Made by a program: the position numbers and the translations under genes. Shown piece by piece: positions 53,830 to 64,000 of a stretch of DNA of 64,000 bases. A model generated the notes under the pieces. That model was not told where the DNA came from and searched no databases. It saw nothing but the letters and a program-made list of their open reading frames with translations. The DNA is from Octopus vulgaris (lineage: Eukaryota), in contig OX597835.1 in the NCBI GenBank assembly GCA_951406725.2, forward strand, positions 1,736,001 through 1,800,000. Direction: 5' to 3'. The first letter of the stretch is position 1; the number at the start of each line of letters is the position of its first letter.

Positions 53830-54152
53830 AGACTCCGCCGGTTACGACGACGAGGGTCCCAGCTGATACGATCAACGGAACAGCTTGCTCGTGAAATTAA
53901 CGTGCAAATGGCTGAGCATTCCACAGACACGTGTACCCTTAACATAGTTCTCGGGGATAATCAGCGTGACACAGAGAGTGACAAGGCTGACCCTTTGAAA
54001 TACAAGTACAACTCATTTTTGCCAGCTGAGTGGACTGGAGCAACGTGAAATAAAGTGTCTTGCTCAAGGACACAACGCGTCGCCGGGAATCTAACTCACA
54101 ACCTTACGATCATGAGCCGAATGCCCTAACCACTAAGCCACGCGCCCTCACC
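53830..54152 (-). mobile_element. SINE family C, apparently full length
   Basis: Minus strand GGCGCGTGGCTTAGTGGTTAGGG...GAGTTAGATTCCCGG...TGTGTCCTTGAGCAAGACACTTT; CpG-rich. Confidence 0.85.
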
Positions 54153-54154
54153 AC

Positions 54155-57100
54155 ATTCATATACACACATACATACATACACACATACATACACACACAT
54201 ACATACACACACATACATACATACATACACACACACATACATACATATATACATACATACATACACACATACATATATACATACTCACACTCATACACAC
54301 ATACACACATACACACACACATCCATCCATACATACATACATACATACACACATATACACACATATATACATACATACACACATACATACATACATACAT
54401 ACATACACACATACATACACACATACACACAAAGATACATATATACATACACACATACATACATATATACATACATACACACACATACATACATACATAC
54501 ACAGATACATACATATACATACATATATACATACATACACACATACAAACGTACATAATCACACTCATACACACATACACATGTACATACATTCACATAT
54601 AAATACATACGTACATACACACACACATACATACACACATACTTACATAGATATGTACACACACATAGATAGACACATACATACACACACACATGCATAC
54701 GTACATACGTACATATATACATATACACATACATACATACATACACACATACATACAAACACACACATACATATATACATACATACACACACACATACAT
54801 ACACACACATACATACACACACATACATATATACACACGTACACACACATACATATATACATACATACATACATGCAAACATACATACACACATAAATAC
54901 ACACACACATACATATTAATACATAAACACACATACATACACACACAAATACATACATATACACATACATACATACACACGTACATATATATGTACATAC
55001 ACACATACATACACACATACACATACACACACATACATACATACACACATACATACATACACACATACATACATACACACACATACATACATATATACAT
55101 ACGTACATACACATACATGCACACATACATACATACACACACATACATATATATATACGTACACACATACATACATACACGCATATATGCAAACATACAT
55201 ACACACATACATACACACACACATACATTCACACACATACATACATACACACACACACTACACACACACATACATACACACACATCTATACATACATACA
55301 TGAATACATACACACATACATACATACACACACATACTTACATATATACATACATACACAAATATATGCATACATACATACATACAAACACATACATACA
55401 TACATATATACATACGTACACACACATACATACACACATACATACATACACACATACATGCAAACATACATTCACACACACATACATACATACATACACA
55501 TACATACACACATACATACACATATATATACATATATACACACATACAAGAAGACATACACACATACATACACACACACATACATTCATGCATACACACA
55601 CATACATACACACACATACATATATACATACGTACACACACATACATACACAGATACATGCAAACATACATACATACATACATACATACACACACAAACA
55701 TACATTCATACATGCACACACATACATACACACACATACATATACACATACATACACACATACATACATACACACACATACATACATATATACATACATA
55801 CACACATACATGTACACTTACATACATACACACACATACATACATATATACACACGTACACACATACATACACACACATACATTCACACACACACATAGA
55901 TACATATACACATACATATATACATACATACATACATCGTACATACATACGCACATACTTACACACATACATACATACACACATACATACAAACATACAT
56001 ACATACATATACATACATACATACATACATACAAACATACAAACATACATACATACATACACACACATACACACATACATACATACACACACACATACAT
56101 ACAGACATATATAAACACATACACACAAAGATACATATATACATGCACAAACACATACATACATACATACATACATACACACACAGATGCATAACCACAT
56201 ACATACATACATACATACACACACAGATGCATAACCACATACATACATACATACATACACACATACATACATACATACGTACGTACACATACATAGACAA
56301 ATACATACACACACATGCATACATACGTACATACATACTTACACACATACATACATACACACACACATACATTCACACATATATACATAAACAAATACAT
56401 ACATATACACATACACACATACATACATACATACACACATGCATACATACATGCACAAGTACACACACATACATAGACACATACATACATACACGCACAT
56501 ACATACACACACATACATGCACACATACATATACACACATACATACACACACATACATATATACATACGTACACACACACACAAACATACATTCATACAT
56601 ACACACACATACGTACACACACATACATATACACATACATACATACATACACACATACATACATACATACACACATACATACATACACACACATACATAC
56701 ATATATACATACACACATACATGAACACTTACATACATACACACACATACATACATATATACACACGTACACACATACATACACACACATACATTCATAC
56801 ATACACACACATACATACACACACACATACATACATACATATACACATACATACATACACACATACATGCAAACATACATACACACATACACACACACAT
56901 ACATTCATACATACACACACATACATACACACACACATGCATATACACATACATACATGCATACAAACATATACATATATACATACATACACACATACAT
57001 ACCTACACACGTACATACATACACACACATCTATACGTACATACATACAAACATAAATACATACATATACACATACATCCGCACATACTTACACACATAC

Positions 57101-57443
57101 ATAAATACACACATACATACAAACATACAAACACACATACATACTCACAATAATACGTACATACAGACGACATACATACATACACACATACATACATACA
57201 TACATACACACATACATACATACATACACACATATATAAACACATACACACAAAGATACATATATACATGCACACACACACATACATAAATATATACATA
57301 TATACACACTCATACATACATACACACACAGATGCATAACCACATACATAAATACATACACACATACATACACACATACATACATACGTAAGTATACACA
57401 TACATAGACACATACATACACACACATGCATACATACGTACAT

Positions 57444-57474
<31 letters not shown>

Positions 57475-60165
57475 TACATACACACACACATACATACATA
57501 AACACATATATACATAAACAAATACATACATGCACAAGTACACACACATACATAGACACATACATACATACACACATACATACATGCATACATACATACA
57601 CACACATACTTACACACATACATACATACACACACATTCATACATATATACATACATACACACATACATGCACACATATACATATACACACATACATACA
57701 CATACATATATACATATGTACACACACATACATACACACATACATACATACACACATACATGCAAACATACATACATACACACACAAACATACATTCATA
57801 CATACACACACATACATACACACACATACATATACACATACATACATACATACATACACACACACATCCAAATATACATACATACACACATACACACACA
57901 CACATGTATACATACATACATTCATACATGCACACATACATACATACATACATACATACATACATACACACATACATACATACACACACATACATATATA
58001 TACATACATACATACACACATACATACACACACACATACATATACATATATACATACATACACACATACATGCACACTTACATACATACACACACATACA
58101 TGCATATACACATACATACATATACACATACATACATACATACATACACACACATACATATATACATACCTACACACGTACATACATACACACATACATG
58201 CAAACATACATACACACATACATACACACACATACATACACACACACATACATACATATACACATACATACATACATATATACATACATACACACATACA
58301 TACATACACACATACATGCAAACATACATTCACACATACATACACATACACACATACATACACACACACATACACACATACATACACACAAATATCTACA
58401 CACATACATATACGCACATCTATACATACATACATACACACACATACTTACATATATACATACATACATATATGCACACATACATTTCCACATATATACA
58501 CACACACATACATTCCTACATACACACACATACATACATACATATACACATACATACATACATACACACATACATACATACACACATACACACATACACA
58601 CATACATACACACACATCTATACGTATATACATACACACATGCATACATACATACACACATACATATACACATAGATACATACAAACACACAAACATACA
58701 TACTCACACTCATACACATACACTCATACACACATACATACACACATACATACATACACACACATACAAACATAATTACATACATACACACATACACACA
58801 AAGATACATATATACATACACACACACATACATATATACATACATACATGCATACATAACTGCGTACATACATACATACATATATACATACACACACATA
58901 CACACATACATACACACACACATACGTACATACATACATACTTACACACATACATACATATACACACACATATATACATACGTACACACACATACATGCA
59001 CACATACATACACACATACATACATACACACACATACATACATACGTAAACACATATATACATACATACACACACACATATATGCATAAAAACATACATA
59101 CATACGTACACACACATACATAGACGCATACATATACACACATACATACATACACACACACATACATACATACATACATACATACATACATACACACATA
59201 CATACATACACACATACATACATACATACACACATACATACATACATACATACATACATACACACATACATACATACACACATACACACATACATACACA
59301 CATACATACATACATACATACATACATACATACACACATACACACATACATACATACATACATACATACATACATACATACATACATACACAAATACATG
59401 CACATGCACACATACACACACATACATACACACATACATACATACACATACATACATACACACATACATACATACATACATACATGCACACACACATACA
59501 TACATACACACACATACGTACACACACATTCATACATATATACATACATACACACACAAACATACATTCATACACACACATACATACACACACATACATA
59601 GACACATACATACATACATACACACACACATCCATATATACATACATACACACACACACATGTATACATACATACATTCATACATGCACACATACATACA
59701 TACATACATACATACACACATACGTACATACACACACATACATATATATACATACATACACACATACATGCACACTTACATACATACACACACATACACA
59801 CATACATTCATACATACACACACATACATACATGCATACACACATACATACATACACACACATACATACATATATACATACATACACAACATGAGATGTG
59901 TCAAACATACATACATACACACATACATACATACACACACATACATACATATATACATACATACACACATACATGCACACTTACATACATACACACACAT
60001 ACATTCATACACACACATACATACATGCATATACACATACATACATACACACACATACATACATACATACATACACAACATGAGATGTGTCAAACATACA
60101 TACATACATACACACATACATGCAAACATACATACACACATAAATTCATTCATACACACACACAC

Positions 60166-60196
<31 letters not shown>

Positions 60197-60198
60197 TA
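54155..60198. repeat. ~6-kb compound (CATA)/(CA)/(TA) satellite with higher-order duplications
   Basis: Continuous alternating purine-pyrimidine tract with recurrent rare variants (AAAGATACAT, CAGATGCATAACCAC, CATGAGATGTGTCAAAC). Confidence 0.97.
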
Positions 60199-60199
60199 T

Positions 60200-60392
60200 G
60201 TATTGTGGCTTTGTGTCTGTCCCCACCACTGCTTGATAACCGGTGTTGTTGTGTTTACGTTCACGTAACTTAGTGGTTCAGTAAGAGATGCTAATAAAGA
60301 AGAAAGAACTGGTGTTGATTTGTTCAATGAAAATCCTTTAATAAGGTGGTGCCCCAGTTTGGCCGCAGTCTGATAATTTAGAAAGATAAAAG
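60200..60392 (+). mobile_element. SINE family A tail
   Basis: GTCCCCACCACTGCTTGATAACCGG...GTAACTTAGTGGTTCAG...GGCCGCAGTC. Confidence 0.75.
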
Positions 60393-60650
60393 AACCACAA
60401 AATTCCTTAAAGCTAAGGGAGACAACTTTCGTCCTCTGGTGTTGAAACCCCTCACAGTCACTTTACCTGCTAAAAATAGCAGTTCAAATGCTTTTAAATC
60501 AGATTTCAATGCTGGATATTCAAGAACCAAATGAAGGACAGATCTTTGATGCTGGGATCATCCTGATTCCAAAAACGTCTATGTAGAGAAAATGTTGACA
60601 GAGATACATGGGTGCCACACTGACAAACAGAAGTTTGCTTTTAATATAGA

Positions 60651-60870
60651 AGGCGGTGAGCTGGCAGAATCGTCATCGTCCGCCAGGTGAAATGCACAGC
60701 GGTATTTCATCTGTCTTCAGGTTCTGAGTTCAAATTCCGCCGAGGTCAACTTTGCCTTTCACCTTTTCGGGGTCGATAATTAAGTACCAGTTGCATACTG
60801 GAATCAATCTAATCAATTGGCCCCCACCACACCAGATTTCGGGCTTTGTGCCTAGAGTGGAAAAGAATAC
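60651..60870 (+). mobile_element. SINE family B, full length
   Basis: GGCGGTGAGCTGGCAGAATCG...GAGTTCAAATTCCGCCGAGGTC...GTGCCTAGAGTGGAAAAGAAT. Confidence 0.85.
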
Positions 60871-60961
60871 AGATGACTAGTCCGGGAACTTTTTTGATGC
60901 CTGCAGCTTCCATGCTTGCTGTGGTGCCCTCCTCAAGACCTTTGGCGATGTACTGTGCTTG

Positions 60962-61205
60962 AGAAGTAGGCTGGTTTATGAGGTTACCCTTGGTTTCTCA
61001 CTCATAAGGGGTTTAGTTTTACAGCCTATCTTCAGACCCCAAACACTGCTGGCCTGAGACCTCTTTAAAATATGGAGAGGGAAAAGCCTCATTTTTAAGG
61101 GTAAAACCCTAGGTAATCGACTCCCTCAATCTTTGGCCATTCTGCCGAGTCGGTAACACGGCCACCAAGAATGGCAGCATCGCTAACAACAACAACATCT
61201 CCACT
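60962..61205 (+). mobile_element. Short deleted relative of the 33680-35250 Penelope element
   Basis: GTAGGCTGGTTTATGAGGTTACCCTTGGTTTCTCACTCATAAGGG...ACTGCTGGCCTGAGA matches the reverse complement of 35187-35246. GTAACACGGCCACC...TGGCAGCATCGCTAACAACAAC resembles the reverse complement of 34205-34265. Confidence 0.55.
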
Positions 61206-61269
61206 CATAAATAGTTATGCAAAGACAGGAGAAAAACCGCGGTCTCACATTTAATGGACCAAGGGAGAT

Positions 61270-61458
61270 AATCTTTTCTACTATCGACACAAAGCCAGAA
61301 GTTTGAGGGGGAGGGAGGGAAGCAGACGATTACCTCGACCTCGAAGGATGAAAGGCAAAGTCGACCTCGGCGGAATTTGAACACATAATGCCAAGACGGA
61401 CAAAATGCCGTTAAACGCTTTGCCCGCAGCGCTAACGAGTCTGCCAGCTCGTCCCGCC
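61270..61458 (-). mobile_element. SINE family B, internally deleted
   Basis: GGATGAAAGGCAAAGTCGACCTCGGCGGAATTTGAA...CTGCCAGCTCG. Confidence 0.8.
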
Positions 61459-61691
61459 TTGGACCAAGGGACATAATTCAGTCATATTTGCGTGCAGGCG
61501 CGTCTGTGTGGCAGAGCAGAATACTTCCCAACCACATGGCTCCGGGTTCAGTCCCACTGCGTGGCACCATTGGTCCGGGAATGAAATTTGCTTAGTGGGT
61601 ACAAAGTGAAGTACAAAATTTTTTTACGAAAAAAGTGGATTTTTTTCAATATTAATATTGTTACAAAGGCAGGTATAATAATAATTTTTAT

Positions 61692-61972
61692 CATGAGGGT
61701 TTGTTGAAAAGTTCATAGGCTGAGCAAGACACTCGCATGGAATGGGACCAAATGAAGTTCATTTTTTTAACACAGTTCCTCTTTCTGTCCACAAACTTCC
61801 ATCATTGTTGCAGTGCTTGGATCACATTGATGAAAATAGTCATCGACAATGATACTAGCATCCAGCCAAGTTTCTTTCCATGTTGGGAAACAGACGACAG
61901 CCAGATGGAACCAAATCACTAAAATAAGGAGGGTGGGTGACCAACCAGTTGAAAGTTAGTCATGCACAATAA
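61692..61972 (-). mobile_element. mariner 3' end remnant
   Basis: TIR-like GAGGGTTTGTTGAAAAGTTCATAGGC; minus-strand peptide IQALQQ*WKFVDRKRNCVKK resembles a mariner C-terminus. Confidence 0.6.
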
Positions 61973-61974
61973 CC

Positions 61975-62345
61975 AGGGCCGGATTAAGACCCATCGAGGC
62001 CCTAAGCACTTAAAAGATTTTGGTGCCCCCATAAAAAGTTATGTAATTCAAAATATAAACAATAACAAACCATAAAATAAATTTTTATTTTTCAAAATGA
62101 AACAAAAACAGTTCAAAGAGGGAAAACAATGTTTATTTTTGAATTCTTCCAGTTTATTTATATTTGAAAAGTTTCCTCCTTCTTTAGATGGTGCGATCAT
62201 TTTGAAGATAATTGATAAACACAATGCCGTTTGCATCCCAAAAATCTTGAGGCCATCACCTTCCTTGCAGATGAAACGACTTTGCCTTCTTTGCAGCAGA
62301 TGAAGAGGAGTGTTTATTTTGGCAAAGCTTCTTTCTCCGTCCTAG
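61975..62345 (-). mobile_element. hAT-like terminus carrying a mariner transposase fragment (62189-62305)
   Basis: CAGGGCCGGATTAAG...GGCCCTAAGCAC...GGTGCCCC end. Minus strand GERSFAK (hAT ERSFS-like), then with frameshifts KKAK...SSARKVMAS.FWDANGIVFINYLQNDRTI (mariner). Confidence 0.55.
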
Positions 62346-62435
62346 GCTTTGAAACCAGTTTTATATTATGATCAGTAAAACCAAAACCGATTTTAAGGCT
62401 TGCGGTTTCGGATCTTTTCAATAAAAGATGCTTTA

Positions 62436-62760
62436 TAATAATAATAATAATAATAATTGTGTACAGTGCTCAGGTGCACTACAACTCATCTAAAGTGTAT
62501 ATATAATCAGGTGTAGTTTCGGCGGATTTCGGAAAGCATGAGGGCCTTAAAGGATGCAGTGTCACGGCAGTCAACAACTGACGCAGGCAGTTTATTCCAT
62601 GCTTCAGCAACTCTGAGCGTGAAAAAATGTTTCCGAAAGTCATGGGAGCTGTGTTGTTTTCTGACTTTGTAGGCATGTCCACGTGTGTTAGACACATGGA
62701 GATCAAAAAGGTGTTCAGTGTTGTTGTTGGTGAGGTGGTTGATAACTTTGTGGGTGTTTA
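62436..62760 (-). mobile_element. CR1/L2-group LINE 3' end
   Basis: ORF 62507..62770: THKVINHL...NTRGHAYKVRKQHSSHDFRKHFFTLRVAEAWNKLPASVV; (ATT)n tail. Confidence 0.88.
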
Positions 62761-63324
62761 TGTAACACATTCTACCAGTATACGAAGTTTAAAAGTGTTT
62801 AGTTACAAATAACTTTTTTTTTAAATGTGCCGGTCAAAGGGAAAAGATCCGCTGTTTCTTTTCTTTCTTTTTTTTTGCAAAACACTTCTCCATTTTTTTT
62901 CTTTTCAAGAAATATCGTTGAAACTGAACTGTTGTCGGTCGCCTTTAGTTGAGAGTGCTGTCTGTTTCATTGAAACCTATCGCAACATATCAATTCTCAC
63001 CTTCTTTCCCCTTGAACCTTAGATCAGCACCTTGTCATCTCCTTCGCTAACCCCTGGCTGACTCTTTGAATTTGCAGGTAACTGAGTTTATACACATCTA
63101 TATACATAAGGGCCTATACCCCCATGGAAATACGGACCAACCTCCTCCATACCCTCTGGAAAGAGATGAACTGTGAACTTTATTCTCCTGCCTGTATTCT
63201 ATCTATTTTTACATATTTGGACTTCTTTCATGGCCTTCTTACCCTTTACTGGGTATTAATCTGGTTGCTGTATGGGAGAGAGGAAATTGTACTTCATTGA
63301 ATTAAATACATGCTGTGGCACATA

Positions 63325-63451
63325 TCATCATCATCATCATTTAGCATCCGTTCTCCATGCTAGCATGGGTTGGTCTGTGAAGCTGGAAGGCTTCATCAGG
63401 CCCAGTCAGATCTGGCAGTGTTTCTACGGCTGGATGCCCTTCCTAACGCCA
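63325..63451 (-). mobile_element. RTE LINE extreme 3' end
   Basis: (CAT)n...TCCATGCTAGCATGGGTTGG...GGATGCCCTTCCTAACGCCAA. Confidence 0.75.
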
Positions 63452-63847
63452 ATATATATATATATATATATATATAGATTATAAAATGAGATAGGGGTTG
63501 AAAATTCAACCCACCATGGGATAATATATATCCAATATACTGCCAGATGTAATGGTGTATTAAAGTATGGATTGGGTATCATCGGATAGTTGATGTTTTA
63601 TTGATTTAAGTATGTTTCTCCATTCTCTAATTTTGTAGTATATATATATAGACATATATATATATATAGACATATAAGGCTACTTCATGCCCCTCTCTTT
63701 ACTGGTCCTTAATGTGGATGCTATATGGGAGGGAGCAAAAATATTATACTTGATTGTATCAAATTCACGATGTACACCACACTACCAAGCAAATGTTTAC
63801 TTGGATCTTTTCAAACATGAAGAAAAGCTCCACAGTGACTAGAAGCA

Positions 63848-64000
63848 GAGAAGTGGCTTGACAGCGCTGTTCAAGCCATGTACAGCAATGCTGTCAGTAA
63901 GGTGAGAGTTGGCCTTGACTATAGTGATGAATTTAACGTACAAGTTGGAGTACACCAGGGACCAGTTCTTAGTCCACTCTTACTTATCATAGTTCCCCAG
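63848..64000 (+). mobile_element. RTE-like reverse transcriptase fragment running off the window edge
   Basis: EKWLDSAVQAMYSNAVSKVRVGLDYSDEFNVQVGVHQGPVLSPLLLIIV, matching RT motif B GVxQGxxLSPLLF. Confidence 0.85.

Noticed and set aside
54060-60327. Dozens of long HTYI/MYVC ORFs (also at 15.3k, 22k, 26k, 36k, 50k)
   Set aside because: Translations of TA/CA/CATA microsatellites.
62900-63085. Unique sequence ending in a CAG|GTAACT donor-like site
   Set aside because: No supported ORF or partner exon in the window.

Overview
AT-rich, microsatellite-saturated animal genomic DNA. The repeat content suggests an octopus or other coleoid cephalopod; this is inferred, not verified. Only one host gene is well supported: a + strand NR1J (HR96/DAF-12/NHR-8-type, P-box CESCKAFFRR) nuclear receptor with three phase-compatible coding exons (10115-10477, 11796-11913, 14270-15213) and a candidate upstream ATG exon (6308-6340). 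The rest is tRNA-derived SINEs (three main families), 5'-truncated RTE and CR1-like LINE ends, mariner/Tc1/hAT relics and MITEs, a decayed Penelope-like element (RT plus GIY-YIG, minus strand, ~33680-35250), several long fold-back repeats, a 47-bp minisatellite and a 6-kb compound (CATA/CA/TA) satellite. Nearly all ORF-track entries are microsatellite artefacts. The most notable hidden signals are two. First, a dispersed set of Penelope-type type I hammerhead-ribozyme motifs: two with intact cores (24012-24096 +, 46888-46967 -) and about five degenerate ones, several sharing a 41-46-nt loop II or sitting inside fold-backs. Second, a ~200-codon low-complexity spacer between the GIY-like and YIG-like motifs of the Penelope endonuclease.
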